DNA of 64,000 nt from Chiloscyllium plagiosum (lineage: Eukaryota): the NCBI RefSeq assembly GCF_004010195.1, contig NC_057719.1, positions 48,038,119 through 48,102,118 on the forward strand, in the 5' to 3' direction. The first letter of the stretch is position 1. Every line of letters starts with the position of its first letter. The notes beneath the pieces are model-generated. The model worked only from the letters and a program-made list of their open reading frames with translations, made no database searches and was not told where the DNA came from. Below are positions 24,346 to 37,290 of the stretch, piece after piece. A program made the translations under genes and the position numbers.

Positions 24346-25240
24346 AGAGTCAGTGTGGTGCTGGAAAAGCACAGCAGATCAGGCTGCATCAGAAGAGCAG
24401 GAGAGTCAACATTTCTGGCATAAGCCCTTTTTTAGAAAGGTGAAGGGACAAGGGGGCTGAGAGATCCATAAAGGGATGGGAGGAAGGTGATAGGTAGATG
24501 CAGGTGGGGGCTAAAAGGTCAGTGACTACACAATGTCTCTTCCCCCGCAAAAAAAAGTCATCTTTTGATTCCCAATTCCTCTGTCTCTGCTGTATCTGCT
24601 CCCAGGAGGAGCATTTCCACTCCTGAGCATTCCAGATGGCCTCTTATTTCAAGGACTACAATTTGCCCTCCCCTGTGGTCGATGCCCACCAGAGCATCCC
24701 CTTCACTTCCAGTACCTCTGCCCTTGAACCCTACCTCTCTAACCACAACAAGGGTAGATCCCCCTCCCCAAAAATAAAGTGTGGTCCTCTTCTTCCACCC
24801 CACTAACCCCTGGGTGCAGCATATTTATCCTTCCTTATTTCTGCCACATACAATCAGACCCTACCACCAAAGACTTATTTCCCTTCCACCCCTATTGATC
24901 TGCGTTCCATAGATGCCATTTCCTCCATGACACTCTCTTTTTAGGGAGTCTGCCATCCTCCACCCCCAGTAGCTTCCCTTGCTGCCACAGGACATGTAAA
25001 ACCTGCACCCACATCACCTCTCTCCCCTTTATCTCATGCCCCAAAGGATCTTTTCACATTGGCAGAGATTTTCTTGCATGTCCACCCACCTCATGTACTG
25101 TGTCTGTTGCTCTCGTTTGGGGAGATAGGATGCCAACTCGCAGAGTGTTTTCAGAGAACATCGCTGGTGCACTCACCAAACAACCCCACTGCTGTGTGGC
25201 TGACCATTTCAACTCCTACTCACCCCAGGACTTGCAATTC
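24346..25240 (+). mobile_element. Decayed Neptune-type PLE with inverted pseudo-LTR at its 5' end
   Basis: 24346-24435 is the pLTR in - orientation. 24530-25240 is homologous to the reverse complement of 30372-30868 (tcccaattcctctgtctctgctgtatctgctcccaggagga). Confidence 0.75.
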
Positions 25241-26119
25241 TTATAAATAATTAAACCATAAACACAAAATGCTTAGTGAATATTAACCATATTTTAGAAA
25301 GCCGGTTGAAGGATAGAACTAACTAACACCAGTTTCTAAATACTTGCAATGTACAACTTTAAATGCATATTCAAGCACACATCTGAACTGAACAACCACA
25401 GTCTGAATCTGTTCAGAGTTCAAGTGAATGCCTAGTTAGTGCTCCTCATCTATACACTGTCATATTCTAAATTATACAGTAAAGAACTCCTGGATGGAAC
25501 AGTTATCAAACTGTTACAACAGGCGTAAAATGATGAATACATTTGCCAGCTCTTTCCAATATCAAAGTTACCATTAATTACACACCAGGGACTTGGCTGA
25601 GGAGACCATGCAGATGGTTTGAGCTGAATGGAAGAGGGAACTGTCATGGCTGCCTCCTTTTACACAATTGCAATGTTTCTGGGAGACATACAACCTTGGG
25701 CCAATTTGGGGTTTTAAGAAGAATCTCTCAACAATGCTCTGCATTGTCTGAGAATTGAGCAACTCCAGCAGACCAGTGATAGCAGATCAGTATATTCCAT
25801 TGATCCAGCTTCTCTCTGTAACTGTGGATGTCTAGCTTTTCCTCTTTTTTTTTTTTAGCATAGTTTAAAGGCTATCTGTGTTTTGAATATTTATTTTGGC
25901 AGCACTTCAAAAGATTGTGTGCTTTATGCACTTAGACCTGTGGAATAGTTCTAGGAGGGCCTTTTGCAAGTGGCAGATAAAATTTGTACTTAAAGGCTGT
26001 CTTCAAGCATTGCTTCATTTTTGTTTTGATCACCTGTCTGAGAAAATGGTTTGACTGCAGTTTTGACTTGATTTAAATACACTTTTTAATGTCTGTCATA
26101 ATTTCCTAAATTTTGTTAG

Positions 26120-26263
26120 GAATTAGTGACTGAAAAGCAGAAAGCCAATGTAGTTGAGACCAAACTAAGAGAACAACGCACTGCCCTTGAAAAAGAACTC
26201 GCAGCATTGCAAAACAAGCTGCAAGTCAGCTACCAGGATCATATGAATGAAACCCAGATGCAG
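26120..26263 (+). CDS. KTN1: KTN1 exon E7 (144 nt)
   Basis: ttttgttag|; ELVTEKQKANVVETKLREQRTALEKELAALQNKLQVSYQDHMNETQMQ; CAG|gtaagt; phase 0-0. Confidence 0.95.
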
Positions 26264-26394
26264 GTAAGTCCAAAGAATCTTCTTTCTCACCTGTAACAGA
26301 TTAACCTTGCAAAATGAATTCTGTTTCCATTATACTTTTGTTTTTGAAAAACAAAATGATTTGAGTTACTTTGCTATCACTATAGGGCTATTTA

Positions 26395-26696
26395 GAAATT
26401 AGATGTGGCCTATTGGCCCAATAAATCCACACCACACCAACCCTCCGGAGATGACCCACCCAGACCCATTTCCCTCTGACTAATGCACCTTACATTATGG
26501 GCAATTTAGCTTTGGTCAATTCACCTGGTCTGCACATCTTTGGACTGAAAGAGGAAACCAGAGTGCCCGGAGGAAACCCATGCAGACTCTTGGAGAATGT
26601 GCAAACTCCACACAGAATGTCGCCCGAGGCTGGAATCGAACCTGGATCCCTAGCGCTGTAAGGCAGTAGTGCTAACCGCTGAGCCACCATGCTGCC
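26395..26696 (-). mobile_element. HE1-type SINE
   Basis: Collinear with 9834-10162. Confidence 0.88.
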
Positions 26697-28019
26697 TTCC
26701 CCTGGATCTTTTTTTTGGGGGCAGCAAAAGCAAGCAATCTCAAACCAAGTTACAGTATAATTCATTATTAAAATTGATAAACTTTTGTTACTTCCACATT
26801 TATGTTGACATTTTATGAAGATAGTGGTTTCCTGGGTAAAAAGTACACAATTTACCATCGTTATTTTGGATTTTTTTAGTTTATTTGCAAAGAACATTGT
26901 TGGGGAAACATGAAGATACCAATCCTTTATTTATGCCTGTGTATCTAAAGTTTGATTTTTTGTAAGATTTATTTTTATATTTTTGAAATTTCACTTCCGT
27001 TTTTAGTTTGGAAGTGTGAATATCATCTTAATTTGCAAGATTGCACAAGCAGTTGCTCAGTTTTAGTCATGGGAAATATATTGAATGTGACAATTAGTTC
27101 TCTTCAGCTGAGCATTGTGCTCTGCTAGACGATTACCATGTGATGCCAAAGGGAATCCAAACTCTCATGGTCTGGCAATGAGTTTGTGTATATTTTAATG
27201 CGTAGTTTGTAGAAGTAGAATTCCTTTGCTAACTAATTTAAACTGTTTAACTTTGTAACCTTCAGACTGTTATTATGCAATAAAATGGTTATTTATATTC
27301 CTAGAAATTCAGTTCCTGTGTCATGAGGGGTAACTTGGAAAATTTGATTTTTAAAAAAAAAGCTACTTCGCAGTGACTGATATATTTAATCACTACAGGC
27401 AGTTGCTAACAAATGAGTTTGTCTTTAATTTTGTGTTAAATTAAAAGTATTGATTTTGGTGTTGGCAGTAAACTTTGGGAATTGATGCTTTTTTCCTTGC
27501 TGGCTTTACTTCTACACATCTGTAGCAACCTTTTGCTGCTTGAAATGTATATGTAAGATTTTTTTTTCATTTGTGGTTTGGTTTAAGATTCGTTTTCTTA
27601 ACGGTGAAGGAAGAGTGCTAACCCTTTGCACTGTGCAGCCCCTTAAGATATTTTTTTCACCTGACATAGTAAATGTTTAGTTTCTTCTGCCTTGTGAAGG
27701 TTGCCATTTTACCATAATTTAGCCAGTGGTCTGAAATTATTTGAATACTTCTGTTAATAGACATAATACCAATTAATGGAGAGTAAAATTACTTTTCAAC
27801 ACTGTAAATGCTTAGCATCTTTTGACACTAAGGCTGGCTTTTTATTAATAAAAGCTTTAATGTCTTGGTGCAATGAATATCTTCAGATGCATGTTTTTGA
27901 GACTAACAGGAATAATATTTCTATCATCTGTCATCTTTTAATATGGGAAAAACGTTTTAATAGTTGCGGTGTTTTTCTGCAGATCAATTCTCTTAATTTG
28001 AGAGTGCACTTTTAAAAAT

Positions 28020-29290
28020 GTCATTGGATGTGTGTATCACTGGCAAGGTAAGCATTATTGCCAGTCTCATTCTTATCCAAGGTGATGATGACGACTTGTT
28101 ACCTTGAAGTGCAGCCATGATGTGGAGGTGCCAGTGTTGGACTGGAGTGGACAAAGTTAAAAATCACACAATAGCAGGTTATACGCCTGATGAAAGAGCA
28201 GTGCTGTGAAAGCTAGTACTTCCAAATAAACCTGTTAGACTATAACCTGGTGTTGTGTTTTTTTGAAACTTTGAAGTACAGCAGTCCATGTGATGCAGGT
28301 GCAGCAGTGCTATGGGAAGAATGCTTTAGAACTTTGACTTAGCAACGGTGAAGGAAAAGCTATTACAGATGCAAGTCCATCTAATGTGATAATGGAGAAC
28401 CTGCAGGGTGGTAGTGTTCCATGTGTCTGGTAGTTTTTGTTTTCTAGGTGGTGAAGGTTATTGGCTTGGAAGGGGCTGTCAAAGGTGCTTTGAGAAGTTC
28501 TTCAAATAAGGTTTCTAGGTGGCACACATTCTGGGGTGGTGGGTGAAATCAATCTTTAAGTTGGTGAATGAGGTGCCAATCAAGCTGGCTGCTTTGTCCT
28601 AAATGGTTTTGGAACTCCAACCATCCAAGCCATTGGAATAATGTATTCCATCACACTCCTGCCATGTTCCTTTGTGGATGTTGAGCACGTTTTGAGAATT
28701 TGGAGTGACTTAGTGTTTTAAAATATTTCCAAAATTTGACCTGCCTTCTAGCTGATCCACTTGGGTTTCTGGTCAGTGGTAACCTGTTGGGATATTGGCG
28801 GGGGATTCAGTAATAATAATAAACTTGTATTCAAAAGAAGATGGTTAGATTCTCTTGTTGGCAATGACTTGTATGGTCTGACTATGACTATTTCTTCGTC
28901 TGGGTCTGAATTGTTGTCTCTGACTTGCTACATATGGAAACAAGCTATGTTTCAGTATCTGCAGAGTTATGAATGAAATGAATCCTTCACAATGACCATC
29001 CCTTTTACTCTTGCCTCATGAAGGAGGGCAGGTCATTGAAGCTGTTGAAGATGTTAGTCCTTGTATACTGCCCTGGGGAATTCTTATATTGATGCTCTGG
29101 GTCAGCAATAACTCTCCTCCAATAATCATAGCAGTCTTCCTTCGTGCTTGGTGTTGACTTTAATGAGTACGGAGTTTTCCCCAATTGCCTTTGGGCATCT
29201 TGATGCTACACTTGATGCTGTCTTGATGTCTCATCCCTGGAGTTCAGCCAAAGTTTGTTTTGGTTCCTGTTTTGATCCAAAACTTTAATT
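28020..29290 (-). mobile_element. Decayed 3' part of the same CR1/L2-group LINE as 13515-16990, interrupted by 28120-28270
   Basis: Shared segments such as caatcaagctggctgctttgtc and tattccatcacactcctg match 13870-13970. Confidence 0.65.
28120..28270 (+). mobile_element. Short PLE-like element with inverted arms and a decayed hammerhead motif
   Basis: Arms aaaatcacacaatagcaggttata and tataacctggtgttgtgtttttt flank CTGATGA-aagagcagtgctgt-GAAAGCTA. Confidence 0.55.
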
Positions 29291-29470
29291 AAGAAGGATT
29301 CTGCTTGAACCAAAGCTAAATTTGTTACTAGGTAACAGGTTGGTTCAGAAATCTAATAAATTATATAATTACTAATTTAACAGAACTAACTGTAAATTTC
29401 TACTGTTAATGACTGAAAAGATGAACTAAGCATAAACTATAATTCAGTTAATGAAAAATATTTCCTTCAG

Positions 29471-29565
29471 TTTCGCCAGCTGCAAGATCAAACTGAAGCA
29501 TTGAAACAAGAGAACAGGATCCTGAGAGATGCTGTGAGCAAGGCCCCCACCCAAATGGAGAGCAA
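29471..29565 (+). CDS. KTN1: KTN1 exon E8 (95 nt)
   Basis: tttccttcag|; FRQLQDQTEALKQENRILRDAVSKAPTQMES(K); AA|gtgagt; phase 0-2. Confidence 0.95.
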
Positions 29566-29905
29566 GTGAGTTGTCCTGAACCCAAGAGCTAAAATATTAA
29601 GTGCAAATTAGTAATTTTGATTGCGAATGAATCATTAATAATAAAATCAATGATTAGCAACTGATCTGGAGTCAGCAGTTGGCTCCTTGCTTAAACTGTT
29701 TTGTTTCACAAGGATAGTCCATTTAACTAGAATATCCTTGTGCTTGCACTGAGAAAAACAGACCCCTGTGTAGGGAAAGTAAGAGCAGACTTAAGTCGAC
29801 TTTTTGGTTCCGAGATAATTCAAGGAGCAGTTTTTTTTTATTTGGATGTGTACAGCTAGGTCATTGCCTTGTGCAAAGGCAATGATTGGGCACTTCTAGT
29901 CTAAG

Positions 29906-30868
29906 ATGGAAATGTGTTGCTGGAAAAGCGCAGCAGGTCAGGCAGCATCNNNNNNNNNNNNNNNNNNNNNNNNNNNNNNNNNNNNNNNNNNNNNNNNNNN
30001 NNNNNNNNNNNNNNNNNNNNNNNNNNNNNNNNNNNNNNNNNNNNNNNNNNNNNNNNNNNNNNNNNNNNNNNNNNNNNNNNNNNNNNNNNNNNNNNNNNNN
30101 NNNNNNNNNNNNNNNNNNNNNNNNNNNNNNNNNNNNNNNNNNNNNNNNNNNNNNNNNNNNNNNNNNNNNNNNNNNNNNNNNNNNNNNNNNNNNNNNNNNN
30201 NNNNNNNNNNNNNNNNNNNNNNNNNNNNNNNNNNNNNNNNNNNNNNNNNNNNNNNNNNNNNNNNNNNNNNNNNNNNNNNNNNNNNNNNNNNNNNNNNNNN
30301 NNNNNNNNNNNNNNNNNNNNNNNNNNNNNNNNNNNNNNNNNNNNNNNNNNNNNNNNNNNNNNNNNNNNNNNGTGGGCGCGAGTCTTGCACCTCCTGCGGT
30401 TGCAGGGGAGGGTGCCGGGAGTGGAGGTTGGGTTGGTGGGGGGTGTGGATCTGTGGAGGGAGTCACGGAGGGAGTGGTCTTTACGGAATGCTGATAGGGG
30501 AGGGGAGGGAAATATATTCTTGGTGCTGGGGTCTGTTTGGAGGTGGCGGTAGTGACGGCGGATGATGCGCTGTACATGGAGATTGGTGGGGTGGTAGGTG
30601 AGGGCCAGTGGGGTTCTGTCCTGGTGGCGGTTGGAGGGGCGGGGTTCAAGGGCGGAGGATCGGGGAGTGGAAGAGATGCGGTGGAGGGCATCGTCGACCA
30701 CGTCGGGGGGGAAATTGCGGTCCTTGAAGAAGGAGGCCATCTGGGATGTGCGTTTTTGGAACTGGTCCTCCTGGGAGCAGATGCGGCGGAGTCGAAGGAA
30801 TTGGGAGAATGGGATGGCGTTTTTACAGGAGGCAGGATGGGAGGAGGTGTAGTCCAGGTAGCTGTGGG
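29906..30868 (-). mobile_element. Neptune-type PLE, 5'-truncated; contains an N gap
   Basis: Open reading frame SHSYLDYTSSHPASCKNAIPFSQFLRLRRICSQ...MASFFKDRNFP...PLALTYHP...PCNRRRCKT (RT thumb plus Cys linker); pLTR at 29906-29949; 12-bp TSD ttctagtctaag at 29894-29905 and 30895-30906. Confidence 0.9.
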
Positions 30869-32162
30869 ATTCTAGTCTGTGGGATTTGGTCAGATTCTAG
30901 TCTAAGTCAATCTGTTTATTTGCATCTCTCTTTCTGTATGGCCCATTCCGAGGTTAAGATAGACTGTACAACATAATTGTGTTGGGATGAGATCACAGAA
31001 ACTTAGCAAGAGTTTTAAAAAATAATTACTCCTCTCCTCTTGGTTGACTAAAATAGCAATCTTCTTATGGGAAACATTGATTTGAAATGCTACTGATGTA
31101 GTAATTTTTCTACACTTTGAAGATTGAAGTACTAACTGGTAAATACTCTTTACATTAGCTGAAGACAAAATTCTCAATTTTTAGACCAGGTTCTACAGAG
31201 AGTTTCCAAGAAATCCATGAAGTAAATGCAGTCACAGTATATTACTAAGTGGTTTAACCAAGGCTGGCAGAAACTGCCCAGCACTTGCATGATTGTATCC
31301 TCATTAAACTGTCACCATATTTACTAGGGAGTATTTCAGATATTTATGAACTGTCTGTGCAATGTGAGATTATTGGAAGAGAATCATTATGTCTTGGTAG
31401 TGGGTGCATGTGGCCACTTCAAATATAGCACACTTTGCTAACACCTCATGGCCATGACAGAAAAAAAAACTACACCGTTGATAAAACAGTTGCTTTCTTT
31501 GAGAACACTTTTGGCTGACTAGGGCCTTTGGACTAGCTTGGCAGCTGGTATGGGTTTAACTTGTTGCTGTGCTCTGGGGACCTCACTCTGCAGGAAACCT
31601 AGCTGCTACTGATCATTTTGTTGGTCAGAACTTTGCAGTGTTTGTTTACATCAAGTTGTTAAATATCCATAAAGCATGAAGATGAAACCTCATACAACAG
31701 TTCAAGAATTTCAGGTAAAACCATCTGCACTTTTCTGAGCAGAGGGAAACTAGCAAAGAACTGCAGCTGTGACTTATATAGAGTTTGATTTTTATGGACC
31801 TCCGTGATGAACAAAGCTGTATCTATAGATTTAATTGTCTTTGATTTGGTGTAAGCTTAAGGTCTCTTACTTGATGTTTCATTGGAATGAATGCCTTGAC
31901 AAAAGAAATTTCGCAGTAGCTGCAAAGGCTCCTGTTTACCTTCCTGGAGATAATTTCACCTCAAATCTTAGTGAAGCAGGTTAGAGGAGATAGGTAGTTT
32001 GTTTTCCCCTCAAAATTTTGCAGTTAGTTGCTCAGCTGTTGAACTGTGTTCTGATGTCCTTGGTTGTAAGGTGGAATTAAGACCATGAGGCCACAAGATG
32101 TAGGAGCACAAATTGGGCTATTCAGCCCATTGAGTCTGCTCTGCCATTCAATCATGGCTGAT

Positions 32163-32772
32163 TGAAATGTTAAAAGATTACATTGGAATATCTCTCTGGA
32201 CATTCATGTAATTTTAGAGTTAAATTGCACTGACTCCACATTCTGGAAGTGAGTGGAAACCATATTCACGCAAGAATGCGAGTGACTACCACTCCATTTA
32301 GGCAGTCATTTGCGACTTCTTCTCCTAATATCAAATTAAACTATCATTCAATCTCTTCCATTCAGAAATGCTTTCTAGCCATCCCCTGAAGCTAGATATA
32401 TCACACCTACATTGTCTTGGGGAATTACTGATTCAGGAAATTATCTGCATAACAATTCCCCAGGATTATGACATTTACATTTTACATTATCTCAGAGGAT
32501 GATCTCATTCTACTATTGTACCTGGGGGTTGTCTTGGCGTGGCATGTGACTTGCGGCAGTGGCCAGAATACTTGAGCATGACCGACTGATCTGTGTAAAG
32601 GGGATGTGTTTTCTTTGTTCAGGGCCTCACTGAGTCTACTTCGCATGACTGCCAAGAGGGTCAAAGGGGTGACTTAGCTTGTACAAGCTTTAATAAACTT
32701 TTTAACCGTTTGTGGAAGTTGGTGTTTGTGAATTGCATCTAGTGTGTGAAACCTCAGGAAAAGAACCTAACA
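32163..32772 (+). mobile_element. Solo LTR (610 bp) inserted into a CR1 3' end
   Basis: TG...CA ends; perfect 5-bp TSD ctgat at 32158-32162 and 32773-32777; AATAAA at about 32692. The host CR1 tail (32080-33360, - strand) resumes after it. Confidence 0.8.
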
Positions 32773-34138
32773 CTGATAAGTTTCTCAACCCCATCTGCCT
32801 TCTCACTGTAACCCTGGATTCCCTTGATAATCAAGAACCTATAATCTTGCTCTTAAATATATGCAATGACCTGGCCTCCACAGCTGCCTTTGGCAGTGAA
32901 TTTCATAGGTTCACCACTCTCTGGCTGAAGGAGTTGCTCTTTATCTCTGTTCTAAAAGGTCTTCCCTTTACTCTAAGGCTGTGCCTCTCTCCAACCAATT
33001 GAAACATCTTCTCAACATCCAATCTGTTCAGGCCGTTAAGTATTCTGTCGGTTTCCATTCGGTTCCCCCTTCATCCTTCTAAACTCCAAGAATAAAGCCA
33101 GAGTCCTCAAACATTTCTCATGTTAAGCTTTTCATTCCTGGGACCATTCTTATGAAACTCCTCTGAACATGCTCCAGGGCCAGTACATCCTGAGTTATGG
33201 GGCTCAAAACTGAGCACAATACTCCAAATGTGGCCTGACCAGAACTTTATAGAGCCTCTGAAACCTGCTTTTATTTTTATGTCCTCTCAAAATAACTGCT
33301 ATAATTGCATTTGCCATCCTAACTACTGACCCGACCTGTAAATTCCCCTTGAGAGAATTCTCTTAAAAGCTGCCTTAACTTGTACAAATATCTATCTCGG
33401 CAGAAATCAAAAGTACCTGTTGGAACAGAGATTTTCCTTTTTTTTCCCCCTGAGATTAGTAGTTTGCAAATCATTCGTTTAATAGGTTACCTGGTGACTC
33501 TCAAAAGCCATTGTGATTTTAAAATCTTTCAAAGTTTGATTGCGTGTTGCTTTAAAGATGTATCATATTGAAATAAAGATTCAACAACAAATACTTTCCA
33601 GCTTTGGCGACATACCAAGAGTATTCACAATTAGTTGAAAAGATCATGACTGAGTTAGTACCTTGCACCGCATTTAGTGAGATGTTTTCTGCTGTGATAG
33701 CAACTAAGGCAATACATGTAAACTGAATTGACGGAAAATTTACACAAGTGGAAGACCTGCCTTACTTTACGTATGTAAAGACTTTCTCGATAGCATGATT
33801 AAAACGCTATCCATTAACTATATTTTAGTACTAAGCATATTACAAAGCTACAATTTTGAGTAGGTTTGCAATTATTAATTAATTTTGAAGATCTTAAATC
33901 AAAAACAAAACTTTCTGTAGATTGATACAGTAAGGTTTTAAAATTTTCTTCCAAAAAACTTTTATTGCACAAACCATGCTTTTTAAAAACATTTTACTGT
34001 CTGTTCATATTTACCTTTTGAAATTAAATACTTATTCCACTCAAGGGTGTCTTTTGTCTAACAGAATACTTGCTGCATTAAGTCAAAATGCTCCATGATG
34101 TTGAAAATTTTGAGCAGACCATTGTGTTTGGCTTTGAT

Positions 34139-34427
34139 TTTAGATTAGATTTCCTACGGTGTGGAAACAGGCCTTTCAGCCTAACCAGTCCACACCGACC
34201 CTCCGAAGAGTTACCCACCCTGACCCATTTCCCTCTGACTAATGCACCTAACGCTATGGGCAATTTAGCATGGCCAATTTACCTGACCTGCACATCTTTG
34301 GACTGTGGGAAGAAACCGGAGCACCCGGAGGAAACCCGCGCAGACACTGAGAAAGTCACCCGAATTGAACCTGGGATCCTGGTGTTTTGAGGCAGCAGTG
34401 CTAACCACTGAGCCACTGTGTTGCCCC
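34139..34427 (-). mobile_element. HE1-type SINE
   Basis: Collinear with the other copies; (aatct)n tail. Confidence 0.9.
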
Positions 34428-35169
34428 AAATTTTGCCATCCTTTACCAACATTCTACAGGCTTTAGTTTATAAATAAGCATTTTTAGTATTGGCTGTCAA
34501 CCTGATCACTCGTCCAATGATCACTCAGTTGCTCTCTCTGGATGCTTTTTTTTCACCAGAATAATTTATTTTTTGGCAAAGCAAAAGCACACCACATGCA
34601 AGCACTCCTGAAGTGCAGCTTCCACAATGACCTGCACTATGACTACCCATCATGTATCATACCACCTGCTCTTGGTCTGCGACTGTGTGGAGCTATTCTT
34701 CAGATGTTTGTTCAGATTTGTTCCCAGAGCAAGTTGCATTCCTGTATGCTTCCTAAACCCACCTTGACAACGCCCCATTGCTGTTTCTTGTTAACCAGAT
34801 GGAGATGGTGTGAAGGAAGCTTTGACAGTTTGAGAGAATTAGTTTCCCTTTTCAAATTCCTTTTAGACAAGGTTGGTGAAGCTATCACTAATCCTAGATT
34901 GCTGACACTGATGGAGTATGTTCTTTGGCCTTCTGTATGTTGTATCTTTTGATTTATGTTGAAGTTTGTCTGTGAATTGAACAAAAGTATGAAAATTCAC
35001 ACTTTGCATTTCACAATGCAATTCAAACTGCTTATGTAATGTCTCATTATTTTCGCATGTATGTCTGTTCTCTTGGATTAAAGTGCTAAAGGGAGAAAAA
35101 GTACTGTTTTTAAAAAGTTGCCTATTCTTTAAAGCAACTGACCTATTAATTGATTTAATTTCAATATAG

Positions 35170-35314
35170 GCAGTCAACAGAACTGAATAAATTACGTCAG
35201 GATTATGCCAGATTAATGAATGAATTTACGGAGAAAACTAACCGTCTTCAACAGGAAGAGGCACAGAAAAAGAATTTGGAGGTTTCTTATGAGCAGACTG
35301 TTCAACAGCTCAAG
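35170..35314 (+). CDS. KTN1: KTN1 exon E9 (145 nt)
   Basis: caatatag|; QSTELNKLRQDYARLMNEFTEKTNRLQQEEAQKKNLEVSYEQTVQQLK; AAG|gtataa; phase 2-0. Confidence 0.95.
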
Positions 35315-35999
35315 GTATAAAAGCAGACTTGACTTCACCTGAACAAGATTTGCCAGATGAGTATTTTAGGTTAGGTCAGTGGACGTGTGGATTGTTGGAG
35401 GGACTTTCAGTTAAAATTAAAAATTGATGGAATGAACTTGTTACCTTTCTGCCCACAACAGCTATAAGAAATTATTTACGTAGGTACTTTATTTAATATT
35501 CAACATTCAAAAATCCAGAAAGGTACTGTATGAATTGGTTATTTTGGGTGCTAGTTTTGAAACAAATGAAATCATTTTTGTCTTTTTCCTCCTAATTGCT
35601 TAGTCGTACAAAAATTAATAAATACTCCAGGTGAGCAACAACTGTGGGGGGAGAGAGAATATTTTATTTACTTCCTGAATATGCTGTTTATTGAAATCTG
35701 GGTGAAAAGTTTGATAAACCAGTTTTGCTGTGTGCATCTTAGTAGTTAAATGCCAAATAAGGAAAAACTGATTCCATGTCATTATAATTACTTCAACTAC
35801 TATAAGTTTTTAATAGCTCTCTCCATATTTTTTTATTTTGCCTCCTGTGCTATGCCTCCTTGGACCCTGTCTTGCTCATTTAGTCAATCAGACATACCTC
35901 CTGCACCCACCAGCCCATGTCAACAAAATGCTGAATGCCCAATTTGCCCTTCTGGTTTCCGTGGCAGCTGATATTCATAGTCTGTCTTCGGGTGTTGCT

Positions 36000-37290
36000 T
36001 CCTCTTATTAAATCTGTCAATATCTTTGCTTCAAAGGGACATACTCGATTGCAACATACCTTCAAACAACCATCTCCTTTCTAAAATATTCTTACTACTT
36101 CATGTTGCACCCCATCTCTACCTGAACTCAATGCTGGAAACCCTGATTCAGGGTTCCACTCCTGTCACAGTCAAAATAGTTCCTATCAGTATCACAAATG
36201 ATATCATTGGACTGTGATATATTTTACTTTTGTGACTGCCTCAACCTGTCTGCCTCTAATTCAGTGCCCACCATACCTTCCAGTAATGCCTCTTTATTGT
36301 TCATCTATCATCTGACTGCATTCTTCTCTCATGCTATACTTTGTGATGGCCTCTCATTCTGCTTAAGCACTGTTACCTCTGGTGTAGCCCAAGAATTTGG
36401 TCTTGGCCCCCACATATTTCTCATTTGAGTGCTGACTGATCATAATGTTATCTAAAAGCACAGCAGTAGTTTTCAAATGTATGCTGATGTCGTCTAGTTC
36501 TACGGCCCCCCTCAACGTTTCACCATTGCTCAATTATCAGACTACCTATCTGACATCCAGTACTGGATGGACAGAAACCTCTTCATACAAAACTTTGTGA
36601 AGACTAAACTTGTTTTCCATTCCTGCTCCAAACTCTGTTTGAGTGGCTAACTCTTTCTGACAGTGTGAAACTAAAGTAGATTTTTTGTAGCCTTTTGTGT
36701 CAACCTGAGAGAAGCTTCTGCTCATGTATTTGTGCCATCACCAAGTCCACCTATTCCCAGCTGTATAATATTGCGCCTGTGCTTGCTTCTGAAACCCTTC
36801 ATTTACCCCAAGACTTCTCTCTTCCAGCTCACTGCTGATTTCCTAGGTTTTGCACAAACAGATGTGAGGTCATATAAAACTGGTCATCTGAATTTGCTGT
36901 AAGTCCCATTTTTCCCCCAAGTACTTTTCATCACTGGCTTGATTTGTCTCCTGTTTGAGTAGTGCCTTCAATTTAAAAACACATTCTCCAGTTTATGAAT
37001 CACCTTTTTTTTGTGACCTTGCCACTCCCTATCTGTCTCTGTTCTTTTGCATCATCAGTTTCTGACCAGTGAACATCCCAGATTCTTAAACTACTTCACT
37101 AGTGGTGATTGCAGTTTCTGTTGACTTGGTATTAACACCTCTGCTTGGCTTTTCTTTCAAATCACTCACTCTTTCAAAGTTGCCTCTTTGTCTGAGCTCC
37201 AGGTCAGTGGTCTCGTACCCATAGTGACCTATTTTGTTACAGTGCTCCTGTGCAGCTCCTTGGGAGATTATGTAAACTTGGAGTTATCAA
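36000..37290 (+). mobile_element. Old L2-like LINE fragment
   Basis: VTSGVAQEFGLGPHIF and MYADVV are decayed RT motifs (GVPQGSVLGP, YADD). Confidence 0.6.

Noticed and set aside
29861..30740. Six long overlapping ORFs
   Set aside because: Their length comes from the 422-nt N gap. Only the minus-strand PLE frame is meaningful.
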